A stretch of 63,626 nucleotides of DNA, filler included, from Globobulimina sp. (taxonomy: Eukaryota), in assembly GCA_003354225.1 (NCBI GenBank). It is 51 parts of 51 records of this genome, joined end to end, with 100 filler letters (N's around TTAATTAATTAA, not from the genome) between each part and the next. Parts side by side here need not be neighbours in the genome. Positions count along the whole stretch, not along the records: positions 23,751 to 24,900 come from PIVH01022297.1; positions 25,001 to 26,150 come from PIVH01022298.1; positions 26,251 to 27,400 come from PIVH01022299.1; positions 27,501 to 28,650 come from PIVH01022300.1; positions 28,751 to 29,900 come from PIVH01022301.1; positions 30,001 to 31,150 come from PIVH01022302.1; positions 31,251 to 32,400 come from PIVH01022303.1; positions 32,501 to 33,650 come from PIVH01022304.1; 43 more parts are not named here. One strand, 5' to 3'. Under the pieces are notes generated by a model, which saw only the letters and a program-made list of their open reading frames with translations, was not told the origin of the DNA and did no database searches. The position numbers were made by a program, and so were the translations under genes. Positions 23,812-35,834 of the stretch are shown piece after piece. The first letter of the stretch is position 1. Every line of letters begins with the position of its first letter.

Positions 23812-24591
23812 ATGGGCTCCAGACACACTTCTCCCATCAAATTTTTGAAGAGAATTCAGAAACAAAAAACACCTCTAAAAATTGTCGTTGTTGGCAGCAG
23901 CAATTGCGGCAAATCCACTTTTTGTAATGCATGGACGCAAAATCAACGGATCAATCAAAACATGTCAACAAATCATGCATTGCACTATTCTGACATAAAC
24001 AGGTGTTAATTTTTGCTGTTTTATAGAAACATTTGTATATGTTTTTGAAAAACATAATTTCGATTATTCAGAGAACTAAATGGAATGTGGGAGTATAAGA
24101 AACAACAACGACCGTTCAAACTGTTGGACACCAAGGAAGGATCTCGAATTTATGATAGATTGCGCCGACTATGTTATCGTGACACTGATATTTTTTTAAT
24201 ATGTTACGATGTGGCAAATAGTGAGTCTGTGGAGCGAATTCGTAATCAGTTCATCCCTGAAATTTGTTATCACGAACCAACTGCAAAGTATTTGTTGTTG
24301 GGATTAAAAAATGACAATTTCAATATCAATATGGACGATTATAACAACAAAATTATTTATTACTGGACCTGTATCGACATTAATTTTTTTTTACCAAACG
24401 ATATCTCGCAAATTATAATAAAATATATCCAATGTTTAGCGATTGAGTTAGTTTCTGAGAATCAAATAAATGAATTATGTGTTAAATATAGATTGCAAAC
24501 AATGCAATGTTCTGCATTTAATTTCGATGAATTAAAGTTTAATAATGATTTATATAAAATTGCGAAACAATGGAAAGTAGAATGTGACTAA
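23812..24591 (+). CDS. Divergent Rho-like small GTPase; intron at 24003-24071
   Basis: KIVVVGSSNCGKST (G1), LLDT...YDRLR.LCY.DTDIFLICYDV, LLGLKND (G4), CSA (G5). The 69-nt GT-AG intron joins the two ORFs in frame. Confidence 0.88.
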
Positions 24592-25573
24592 AATTGAGGA
24601 TAACTATGGAATGCATGTCGTCATTTTTTTGTGTTGGAATGATATGCATTCAAACTCTCAGTTTTTTCTGATGATGAGAGTAAAATATATAAAATATTAT
24701 AATAATAACTTAATTAATTAATAATTAATATTAACAACGGCAATATTCAGAATTCGCTGTGTTTTGTATTAATGTGTTTATATTACTGTTTGTACTTTGT
24801 ATATTGTATAATTTCAAGAAACAGAGTTTATTTTCCTAGTGATATAATGCATTCTTTTGTAGCATGCTTTCTGCTGTTAATTATCCACACAATTTCACAA
24901 NNNNNNNNNNNNNNNNNNNNNNNNNNNNNNNNNNNNNNNNNNNNTTAATTAATTAANNNNNNNNNNNNNNNNNNNNNNNNNNNNNNNNNNNNNNNNNNNN
25001 TTGTACCTTAAACCGCTGGAAAACAGATACCAATCACCACAGAAATGCAATTCTTCTTTTTTGTTATACAAATATCATTACATTGTGACTGATTGCACCG
25101 TTTTGTGCGCATTTGTCAATGCAAAAAATGTCACTTTCCACAATGGCAACGCAACGACGTGTTCGTACTTCGTATGTATAAGATTTAGAAATTATTTTGT
25201 TATCCTAAAATAACATCGATATTCAATATATATTTAGATTGAAACTATAAAATGTTTGCCGTGTTTTATATTTTGTTGCATGTATTCGTTGTTTCCATTG
25301 TGGAATGGGAGTGATATGCTGTCGACTAATTTGTGATTGCAATGAGTGGTATCTTCTTTCCGACTGCGGTTTTAGATGAATCACTTAACGACTCTCAAGG
25401 GTGCTATTCAAGTAATTCTACTCACCAAAACTTTACAAATCAATTTTTCAAAACTTTGCATGCATGCTGGCAAGACTGAACTCCGGAACACACACATTTG
25501 TTTTTTTTGTGTTTATAATTTAACAACAAGTCGAGTGAGTTTCTTATTAATTCTGTCAATGAGAGGAAATGTA

Positions 25574-25775
25574 CTATCGGACCAACAATAAATTACAGTT
25601 TGATTCATGAAATGTTAACGAAGTAAATATTATCATATCACCTGCTTTCGGAAATAATTCCATTTTATTTTTGTCAAATTCCAATATTTTCTTTTCATTC
25701 TTTTCCATATTCTGCAACCTATCAATTTCCTCCTTTTTTAATAATAACGATTCTTTTTTCCATGAATTTACATTT
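25574..25775 (-). pseudogene. PhyH-like 2OG/Fe dioxygenase C-terminal fragment adjoining a repeat
   Basis: PKAGDMIIFTSLTFHES..N motif. Confidence 0.55.
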
Positions 25776-25981
25776 AAATAATTCTCAAACAGTAACATAA
25801 AAATGGAGCCATTCTGTTGTCAAATATCACCCATTCGGATCCATACAGAAATATTGAGATATGGTTGAGATAAATATTCAGAGTCTTGATGCCATACAAA
25901 TTCTGTATTATTACTATTGGATGGTTTTCAATAAAGAAATGTGTTCGGAATTGGTTAATTTGCGTAGTATATTTTTTCATA

Positions 25982-26092
25982 TCAAAACATTTTTGGGTAC
26001 CCCATGCTTTGCCTATCAAAAAAACAATATCCTCTTCCACTGTTTTCTCTGAAAAAACAAATAGACAAACAGTATATTTACTGTTTAACCAG
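25982..26092 (+). repeat. Interspersed repeat shared with 37512-37623 (opposite strand)
   Basis: About 110 bp nearly identical: TCAAAACATTTTTGGGTACCCCATG...GAAAAAACAAATAGACAAAC.GTATATTTACTGTTTAACCA. Confidence 0.92.
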
Positions 26093-26250
26093 TAAAGTAA
26101 GAGCATGTCACTGTTTTTTGCATTGATATCACTGTTGATATTGATAACCANNNNNNNNNNNNNNNNNNNNNNNNNNNNNNNNNNNNNNNNNNNNTTAATT
26201 AATTAANNNNNNNNNNNNNNNNNNNNNNNNNNNNNNNNNNNNNNNNNNNN

Positions 26251-27400
26251 CGACACGATAAAATTTTGAAAATAACTTCTAAGATTTGACCCATACACAA
26301 TAACAACATAACTATAAATGCTTTGAAAAAAGTTGGTGAAGCTTTGTTTTTTTTATTACAAAAGATTGGAACATGACAAAGTGATAATAAATAATATATA
26401 ACCAAGCAAACCATTGACAGAGTAGACACTGTTAAACCTAATAAAATTTTATTTTGAGCATTGAGATTGTTTACAAAACATAAGCCAGAAAATGATGAAT
26501 TTGAATTGGATGAAGATATAACGGATAAATTAAATAATTCAACGAATGATAATAAATAAACGGAAATAGTTATGCCCTCATTATGTGTTAATACCATTGA
26601 TATGGATTGAAAATAATATGAGATTGGATTAAAAGTCATTATTCGAATCACTCTGCTAAATTCATCTGGTAATTTCTTACAAAAACATCTTTTTTTATTC
26701 GTTTTTGTGTTTGCATGGTTTGTATTGGTTGCATCGTTTGCAGATATTGCAGATGTATGTAATACAAATATTGATATTATCATTGCAAACGCCAATGGAA
26801 ATAATGCGCGTTCATAATAATTTCTGTCGCACTTTCCACATTTTGCACCACCAATTAATTCAGTATATCCATCTAAACATTTTGAACATAAATAACTGTT
26901 TTTGTCTCTGCCTTTGGCGCATAATGTTGCTTCAGAATCATTATAATAATTACATCCATTCATATTATTACAACACCGATACGGAGGACACAGACTTGAT
27001 AGTATTGATTGATTATTATCATTAAGATCTATGTCAATCCAATAATTAAAACTTGCCAAAATATCATTCTTTCCATTACAGGAAATTGCATTTTCAGTAT
27101 CAATATTATCAGCATTACAATCGATGCATTGATCAATGGTTGGAAGTAAAGAAAAATAACCATTGGCGCATATTTCACATTGTTTTATTGCGCCACTTTT
27201 GCCATAACCGGATGGACATGGAATAACTGTAAAATTTACATCATTTACATTAAATTCATTATTCAATACAAATGTGTTGATAATAAAATAATTGCCAACA
27301 TTGTCAGTATTGATTGTTTGAATATATATGCCTTGTTCACAAATCTCACAATAACCAGTCTCATCAATATCTATTGATAATTGAAGGTTTAACTCCGCAG
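26251..27400 (-). CDS. Cys-rich ectodomain multi-pass membrane protein (adhesion-receptor-like), internal fragment
   Basis: CPSGYG, CEICANGYF, CPPYRCC, CAKGR...LCSKCLDGY, then several TM helices with YYFQ. Confidence 0.75.
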
Positions 27401-27587
27401 NNNNNNNNNNNNNNNNNNNNNNNNNNNNNNNNNNNNNNNNNNNNTTAATTAATTAANNNNNNNNNNNNNNNNNNNNNNNNNNNNNNNNNNNNNNNNNNNN
27501 GATTTGATTATCATTTTAAACAAATTAAAAATCGAATCACATACTTACTTCGAATCGGATCGGATAAATTGATATCCGTTAAATTCA

Positions 27588-28543
27588 ATGATTCGGACCC
27601 GCAGAGACATTGCAACACAATGTCATACAAAAAAGTATAAAAAAAGTATAAACAGAAACATATCGTACCAACAATACCAACGCCACTCCAATGCGCAACC
27701 AATTTATGCTTACAAATCAAAACACAGACAGCGAACTAATCGTATTCCAAATTTTGATAATTTAACCGATGACGGCATTGGTGGTCCAGAGAAATTCCAT
27801 CGGAATCATTTTGCTGAAGGCAGCTGTCGATATGCTTACGCCGGTAAAATATGTATATATTATACAAAATACATAACTTCACTTTATAATATACAAAATT
27901 ATACACATCCGCAGGTAAAATAGTGCGTGGACCACGTAAAGGAACATTGATTGTGGTAAAAAAATGGAAATCAGGGCATATTTATGACACTAATTTTTGG
28001 AATGTAGACATATTATGTCATAAGAAAGCATTTCAATTGATTTCAATATGGAATTCATTGGGATTCATCAACAAGAAATACAGACTGTCCTTGCCATGGA
28101 TAAGTAAATGTATATCCTCCTCAAATAATTGCAAAGATCAAAATAAAATAGCTTTAAATGAATGGATATTATGTGAAGAATATTTATGCGGTAAATTTAT
28201 AAAATTTAATAGCAACTCAGGCTATGTACACTTGCAATATTCAAATGCCTCCGTTCAAGCATTTTGTCATTGGACATATAATTATTCGAAAGGGAAATAT
28301 ATAATGTGTGATGTGCAAGGAATAAGAGATAAAAATATTTATAAATTGACGGATCCGTGTTTATGTTCGATACACAAAGGGAAATATGGAGCGACTGATA
28401 TCGGCATAAAAGGCATAATGTCGTTTTTTGCCAATCATAAATGTAATGAATTTTGTGAAAACGATTGGATTAAACCAGCATATATTGATAAGAGATACGT
28501 ATTAAAAAAGAAAAAATCTACAACATATCAATGGCAAATTTGA
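27588..28543 (+). CDS. Alpha-kinase (eEF2K/MHCK family); intron at 27844-27914
   Basis: FAEGS.RYAY, VVKK, EEYL.G.F.KFNSNSG, QAFCHWTY, CDVQG, LTDP, YGATD.G..G...FF..H.CN..C. Confidence 0.95.
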
Positions 28544-28751
28544 TGTGTTTTTTTGATTTTGTATTTGTTTTTGTATCTTTTATTTTATTATTTGTTTGTA
28601 ATTTATATTTCATTGTTTCATTATTTTATGCACAGTAATGTACTTAATTGNNNNNNNNNNNNNNNNNNNNNNNNNNNNNNNNNNNNNNNNNNNNTTAATT
28701 AATTAANNNNNNNNNNNNNNNNNNNNNNNNNNNNNNNNNNNNNNNNNNNNT

Positions 28752-28832
28752 GGAACAGAAATCTATCCCGGTGATGTCATCGGGTCCGGTACGGTGGGAT
28801 CAGGGTGTTATTTGGAGCTCAATGGCACATAG
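28752..28832 (+). pseudogene. Fumarylacetoacetate-hydrolase family fragment
   Basis: Translates GTEIYPGDVIGSGTVGSGCYLELNGT*. Confidence 0.65.
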
Positions 28833-29143
28833 CAGGCGAATTTTTACGCAGTCTGGTTTTGTGGTCGCTGATTGCCTTTTGTAACCTCCCGGCAGTGCTG
28901 TTTGCAAGGCTCATCAGGATACAACGCACCGTTTTTATTTATGACTTAGTTATGCTGGGTGCGAGGGTGTTGTCTTTGGTGTTAGGCGGGATATATCTAA
29001 ACGTATTTCAGACCATTATGCTGTTTTCCATAGCAGGCGCATTTATGAATACAGTTTTGATCCTTTTGGTGGGGTATGCTGTGATGAAGAAAGAAGGACC
29101 CGTAAGTATAGAGAGTATTCTTAATAATCTGAAAAAAGCATAA
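28805..29143 (+). CDS. Bacterial Wzx/MOP polysaccharide flippase, C-terminal fragment
   Basis: LFGAQW..AGEF.R.L followed by hydrophobic helices; lies next to a TupA-like gene. Confidence 0.75.
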   Translation: MLFGAQWHIAGEFLRSLVLWSLIAFCNLPAVLFARLIRIQRTVFIYDLVMLGARVLSLVLGGIYLNVFQTIMLFSIAGAFMNTVLILLVGYAVMKKEGPVSIESILNNLKKA

Positions 29144-29264
29144 CAGATGATTCGCATTCTTGTAAGTGGCGATGTATGTCCGAGGAGGTATTCAGGAATT
29201 TGCAGTTATCAAATGGCAAATATAGCCGATAAAAATATCCGTTAAAGAACTTGAAAGGCTCAGA

Positions 29265-29900
29265 ATGTCAACACTACCGAAGATTAGAAAAATATTAAAA
29301 AAAAGCAAATGGGCAAGGACCTGCTATTATGCGACGATCGATTTGACGAGGACTTTTTTTTATAATCTGTCACCCATGCTTATAGCTAAATATAGTTTTA
29401 AAAAAAGGATGGGCAGAATGCCTAACCTTAAGAACCCTCAAAGCCACAACGAAAAGCTTCTCTGGCTGATGCTGTATTGGAGGCATCCTTTAAAATCGCA
29501 TTGTGCAGACAAGTATGCCATGCGTTCTTATGTAAAAGAACATGGATTAGGTCATATGCTACCAGAGATAGTGGGTGTTTACGAAAAAAGCAGTGAGATA
29601 GATTTTGATACTCTTCCGGAACGGTTTGTTTTAAAATGCACCCATGGCTGTGGATTTCATATTATTTGTCAGAATAAGAGTGAGTTGGATTTGGAAGAAG
29701 CAAAACGCAAGTTGGATGCGTGGATGAAAGTGGATATGGGTAGATACTTGGGAGAAATTCATTATGCCCTAATAAAGCCACGTATAATTTGTGAATGTTT
29801 CTTGGATGATATGTCCGGTGATATTCCGATTGATTATAAGATATATTGTTTTGATGGTCATGCACACTGTACACTTATTGTTTCTGAACGAAGCTCAGGT
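29265..29900 (+). CDS. TupA-like ATP-grasp protein (polysaccharide biosynthesis); 3' partial
   Basis: NLKNP...NEKL.WL, ADKYAMR.YV, LPERFVLK.THG.G, PRIICE.FL, DYK.YCF.G; GAAAGG RBS-like sequence upstream. Confidence 0.92.
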
Positions 29901-30134
29901 NNNNNNNNNNNNNNNNNNNNNNNNNNNNNNNNNNNNNNNNNNNNTTAATTAATTAANNNNNNNNNNNNNNNNNNNNNNNNNNNNNNNNNNNNNNNNNNNN
30001 CGCAATATATATTTTTTTTTTGTATTTGTTTTGTTTCGACGATTTGCATCCGCGCCCCATAATTAGTCGTTCTTTTCCTTGCATTTTGTGTATAGGATAG
30101 TGTAGCATAATCGAATAATGAGCACAACTCTCAG

Positions 30135-30563
30135 TTGACTGAGATGAGGACAGCCCAATCCTTCCATGCTGCGTTGCAGAATCTAAATAATGAGAACAAA
30201 TTATTGAAACCATTAATGAGCTCAAGTAATGCAGATAATATTTTAGATGAAGGGATAGAAACAAAATCCACACCAATCACACATAGTTGTCTTAAAGCTA
30301 AATCAGGCAAGAATTCAGTCAAAATTGCTCGAGAGACGAAATTAATGGTAACCTTTGATGAAACTGTTGTTGTTCATAGTGCGCCACAATCGCGATGTGA
30401 TGGAGGTTTTTATTTTATCAATGAGAGTGAGAAAAGCTTCAAGGCATTGAAGGGGAAAATAAATAATAACAAACATAAAAGATTTTGGGCTGTTGTTAAA
30501 AAAAAAAGAAAGAGATCAATGTTTATCATTGTGATTTGTGTCATTTTGGTAATATTCATTTAA
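30135..30563 (+). CDS. Hypothetical tail-anchored membrane protein
   Basis: Basic patch followed by a C-terminal hydrophobic helix. Confidence 0.5.
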   Translation: MTEMRTAQSFHAALQNLNNENKLLKPLMSSSNADNILDEGIETKSTPITHSCLKAKSGKNSVKIARETKLMVTFDETVVVHSAPQSRCDGGFYFINESEKSFKALKGKINNNKHKRFWAVVKKKRKRSMFIIVICVILVIFI

Positions 30564-31518
30564 TGGTTTTATACACTGTGTTTAAGTACATTTATCTGTT
30601 TGTGTTATTTGTTAATATTATGTTTTGTGTCTGTTCTAATTGCAATATTTTAATCGTTTATTTATACTTTTTTTTTCTGAAATATATATATTCATTTCGT
30701 CAATGATTAATATGATATAATTAATTATATAATAGAGGTTTTTGCCATTTTTGCTATCAAACTTAAAGTTTTCGTCGTGAATATCATTTAGAAAAAATGA
30801 TAACTTTGCTCTGTCAGCAATATTTATTAGCTATGCTAGAATTGAAATTTTAAGATTACAAAATCAGTAAGAATGCCAATTGCAAAACAATAAATTTAAA
30901 AACACAAAAACAAAATATAAAAAATAGACAAACACGACAGAAACAGATGTTATAAGAACACGAAAGAAACACGTGAAATCTGTGTAGATCGACACAAAAC
31001 ACACATTCACATAAAACAAGCCAGCAAACTTACTTCATACAACAAATAATAATAATTTAACATATGATCGATAACTAAATGCATATTACCAAAATAACAC
31101 CAATCACCATGATGAGCATTGATTTCGTGTCACCTTTTTTCTTTTTTTTGNNNNNNNNNNNNNNNNNNNNNNNNNNNNNNNNNNNNNNNNNNNNTTAATT
31201 AATTAANNNNNNNNNNNNNNNNNNNNNNNNNNNNNNNNNNNNNNNNNNNNACTCTATTAAAATTGTGGTTCCTGCATTGATAGCAACATAATTATGATCA
31301 GATTGCCATTATTTGATGGAATTTGTATCTAACAATTGCCAACCAGTTTATTATGGTAGTAATGAATAATAGCAATGGGGGAAACTATTCTGATGTATGT
31401 TGCCTGCATGAACACATTCCATTGCTTCGAACACTCGACCAATAAATATCAAGTTCAGATAATTTCCCATTTTCTTATCATGCATCACTATCGTTATAAA
31501 CTCCGAGTGGAAAAATTT

Positions 31519-32400
31519 CTATCTATAAACCTTTACAACTTTACCAATTACAAAAGAAACAATAATTTGAATACAATTATGATTCATGTCTTCAATTAAA
31601 ATACTAACCAACAATAATTGTAATTGATTATGTTTGGTAAGCATACCATTTATACATTTCATACAATAATCATGACTCTCCGTAATTTGAGCATTACAAT
31701 GAAATGTTGACATAAATCTATTTGAACTCACATGGCAAATATCACACCATTCTGAGGTACGATCTGCTTTTACTCCATTATTTATGCCCAGCCTGGTCGA
31801 TGCGATATTTGTCAGAGTAAAATGGTGCATTAAATTACACAAATCAAGCAAACCATGACCATCATTTAATCGACACCCAATTTTCCAAACATATTGTGGT
31901 AAATATAAAAATTTAATAATATTACCAGCCACATACTTACCAACATCATCATGCGAACCATCCAATGTCGTAAACATATCAGCTGTGTATGGATTATATG
32001 ACATAGCATAACCCTCAAACATATTGCTCAGCGTAATTCTGTAAAATAAACTTTTTCTCTGTTACCCATTTAAATTCATCATCAATAATTTCAGTTAAAT
32101 AACTTGACGAAATTCTAGTTGTCGATAATTGATTATAATGAATGATACATTCTTATTATATTATTCTTTTCATAACTTTTTATTTTTAAATGAATGTCAT
32201 CCAATATCTCTAAAACTTTCCCTCGTCCATTGGCATAAAATTCATTTTTAGGTCGAAATTTTATATAATCTCCAACTTTGTATTTTGAATTCACCAAAGA
32301 AGAAGGTATAATTATCATTTTTTGTTTGCTCCATTCAAACCATTTAATATCACTGTCATACTTTGCACGAATTTTACATTTTGCTTTGTATGAATAAAAA
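31519..32400 (-). CDS. Hypothetical protein with C-terminal Cys/His (RING-like) motif; interrupted
   Basis: CDIC...C...HDYC.KC near the C-terminus; upstream ORF piece at 32133-32318. Confidence 0.45.
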
Positions 32401-32503
32401 NNNNNNNNNNNNNNNNNNNNNNNNNNNNNNNNNNNNNNNNNNNNTTAATTAATTAANNNNNNNNNNNNNNNNNNNNNNNNNNNNNNNNNNNNNNNNNNNN
32501 TTA

Positions 32504-33300
32504 TTATATTTTTATTTGATTTTCATTTAACATTTTGATAATTTCATAAATTTTATACAATCTGATCATACATTGTTTATGATAACGTTCTAAATTCTCA
32601 TTTTGTTCTAAATCGGTTTGTTCATATTTCATTTGACACCGAATTACTTTTGGCATAGCATTATCATATGCTTTATCTAAATCTACTAAGCAGATTGCGA
32701 TTGGTTTTAGTAATTCGACATTTATTTCAATTGTTAAAATGACATAATTTATATTTATCCATGACATAATTTATTATATTTGCAATCTCATCATCTTCTT
32801 TAACAAATTTTGTTTTCCAATTTGTTTTCATTTTTTATATTCAAACAAATGGTCGACTTTCATATAATAATGGTCGGAGCCAACGTGTTTATGACCGACT
32901 GTCCAATTCGATTTAATCAATTGTTCATTATTTTTATTTACTATAACTGCGTCGGGCGCATTTCTTCCGTAAATCCATTTCTATTTTGATAGTTTCCTTT
33001 ATGATAAGTTGCAAAATTGTTTTTGTTTAAGTTCATCAAATTAAATTTTATAATTAATGCATTTATCAATTGGTAATTTAGATTATTGTTTTTCTTATCA
33101 ATATTTAAGTCGCCATAAATAGTTACATTTGTGTGCAATTCCAAAATGTTATCAATTTTTTGGATATTTGTATTAATCTCATCAATATGCTGTGTGTACG
33201 GATTATATAAATACATAAATATATGTCTTTGTTTTAAGAATTTATTGTAAATACACATAAAAACACTGGATTTACTCAATAGGCCTCTCCGATAATGCAT
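32504..33300 (-). mobile_element. Decayed, internally deleted non-LTR (LINE) retrotransposon: APE endonuclease plus RT fragment
   Basis: IYGDLN and ATY (32941-33300); W.VGHKHVGSDHY near 32865-32905 (APE SDH motif); AICLVDLDKAYD (RT domain-3 motif) in 32504-32767. Confidence 0.75.
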
Positions 33301-33955
33301 TCAGTTTGAAAAGTAACACCTTGTGGATTATATATATATATATAAATGGATGGGAATTGTTTTTATTAAAATGGGGCAAATATCGCAACAATAAACTATT
33401 GGCCATTGACTCACAAAATGCATCACCTAATTTATACAATGAAATAGCAAATATTGCAAATAATGCATCCATTCCATCCATTCGCCATTATCTGTATCTG
33501 AGAATAATAAACAACAACAACAACACAACAACAATATTTACTACAATATCAACAATATAAACAACAACAAGATTATCAGCGATATACTCAAGCACAAGCA
33601 CCACAGCAAAGGCATAATAGACAGCAATATACACATACACATACGCATAANNNNNNNNNNNNNNNNNNNNNNNNNNNNNNNNNNNNNNNNNNNNTTAATT
33701 AATTAANNNNNNNNNNNNNNNNNNNNNNNNNNNNNNNNNNNNNNNNNNNNGCCGCCGGGCACGCCGCTGTGGGAGACCGTCGCATGAAGGAGTAAGCATC
33801 TAGAAATCGTTGAGTGCGAAAGCAGCGTAAATAAATATAGGTATTTGGCCACCTAATATTTTCAAATAATAATGCGAGATAAATCACATACAAATACTGT
33901 ATATATATTTGTATAATCTGTCCATATTAAATGTGCGCAATTTATCTCAGAATTA

Positions 33956-34519
33956 TTAGTGGAAAATGCTACCTTCGCATCGGCCGTTAATAGCAGCGTA
34001 ATGGCGCCAATCAAATGTCATCACGAATAAAGCCTGCAATAAGACAGCTAAACAAATGATAAGCACTATCCAAAATGAATAAAAATGGTTTGAATACACC
34101 GCAAATGGGCCCTTGAATGATTGCTTTAATCTGAAAGCTAAGCCAATATATAATGTGGTCTTAAATGTGGTGTAAACGTTTAATAGAAAAATGACCATCG
34201 TATAACAATATGCAGTATTGCCTCCATGCAAAATATTGTGATATATGGCATGGAATGTTCCAAATAAACATAATGCCAAACCGAAGAATAAAATAACGAA
34301 CGAAAAGAAAAACATTGAATAAATGTTACATGCAGTTCCATCATTGCTGAGCTTAAATTTATGTGCTTTTATTGAATGCTGTATGGTTAATGTGACCAAA
34401 ATAAGTAAACTAATCCATACTATAATGGTCTCGACGAAAGAATAAACAACAACGGACATTATTTGTTTATTGTAATGACTAGTCGTCCACCCAAGTTGAC
34501 TGGAAAATGAATATAACAT
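33956..34519 (-). CDS. GPCR-like multi-pass membrane protein, N-terminal 4 TMs
   Basis: Four hydrophobic helices, Cys at the start of TM3, RL..SF.G after TM3, extracellular Cys after TM4. Confidence 0.55.
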   Translation of the reverse strand: MLYSFSSQLGWTTSHYNKQIMSVVVYSFVETIIVWISLLILVTLTIQHSIKAHKFKLSNDGTACNIYSMFFFSFVILFFGLALCLFGTFHAIYHNILHGGNTAYCYTMVIFLLNVYTTFKTTLYIGLAFRLKQSFKGPFAVYSNHFYSFWIVLIICLAVLLQALFVMTFDWRHYAAINGRCEGSIFH

Positions 34520-34574
34520 AAATATAAATCAGAAAGGCGTTGTCCCAACTTGTAGAATTCTACAACATTTCATG

Positions 34575-34640
34575 TACAAGACTGTACATGACTTGTAGAC
34601 TGTACATGACTTGTAAACATGGCAACTTGTAGACTGTGAA
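34575..34640. repeat. Short tandem repeat (AGACTGTACATGACTTGT)x2 plus partial copies
   Basis: 18-bp unit visible directly. Confidence 0.8.
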
Positions 34641-34709
34641 TAACAATATGCCACTTTCTTTCAAATCTGACGGTGTGCATGTTGGGACAACTGCGAAACT
34701 ACTCTTTCA

Positions 34710-34899
34710 AATTCTACAAGTTATCTCACCACACACAGCCACAACCGCTCTGAGTCGCGACTTCCAAGAAAACAAGACCAAAATCGTAGTGTTTTACAAC
34801 ATGGGCTCCGTTTCCACCAAAGTCTCGCTCGTCAAATATTTCTCCCTCACTCAGGACAAAAAGCAGAAAAAGGCCAAGAAAACCAACCAAGGCAAAGGC
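34710..34899 (+). CDS. HYOU1/GRP170-like ER Hsp70 fragment
   Basis: HTATTAL.R.F...KIVVFYNMGSVSTKVSLVKY. Confidence 0.6.
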
Positions 34900-34999
34900 N
34901 NNNNNNNNNNNNNNNNNNNNNNNNNNNNNNNNNNNNNNNNNNNTTAATTAATTAANNNNNNNNNNNNNNNNNNNNNNNNNNNNNNNNNNNNNNNNNNNN

Positions 35000-35834
35000 T
35001 TGTGCAATAAATAAATTGAATGATGATGAAAAATCAATCAATGCAGATGAAAATTATCAAATTAAAACCATGTTGGAATCTCCCTTAAATGTTACAGAAA
35101 GTGGAGGCAGTATAGCATCGATTTTAAATATGTATAAACAAAGTGCATTTGATGAGTATTATGATGATGAATTTGCATATTATTTATGTCCAGATAATTG
35201 TTATGAAAATATTCAACCTCGAATAAAATCTATGCTTCCAAAATGGAATTATCGTATAAATAGATATGAAACTGGTGTTGTATTTGTCGGAGACATTGAA
35301 AGAATGGTAGTTTGTCGCAGTAATCATTTATTACAATATCGCTATGGTAAAAAACCAATAATTTATGAAAATGTTGCTGTCTTCGCTTCAAAATATTATA
35401 TTATTGCATTATTATTAGGATTTGTATATTTTTTTGTGCCATATTTATTTGTTAAATTATCCTTTTTAAGACCATTTATTATTTTTATTATGCCGTATTT
35501 AGTTCGTAGTGCTGGTGATGGACCAAATATGGACACAATGTTAAATGTTGAATGGAAACAATATTTATTTGTTGAATCATTAAACAATGAAAGTAAGAAA
35601 ATGAGAGTAAATATAAATATTTATGGTGATTATATGTATTATAATACAGCGAAATTATTGGTGGAACAAGGATTAATATTTGCAATTGAAAGGAAAGAAA
35701 ATCAATTGAATGGTAATACAAAATATGGATTTCTTACTCCGGCGGTTGCTTTTGGTGATAAATTAATTCAACGGCTAAATGATTTAAAACAGTTTGATAT
35801 AACATTTGCTGATCAAGCTAACAGTAACTATTAA
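35000..35834 (+). CDS. Saccharopine dehydrogenase-like oxidoreductase (SCCPDH-like), C-terminal part
   Basis: SGGSIAS, GDGP, GD..Y..TAK.L.E.GL..A, GFLTPAVAFGDKLIQRL. Confidence 0.85.
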
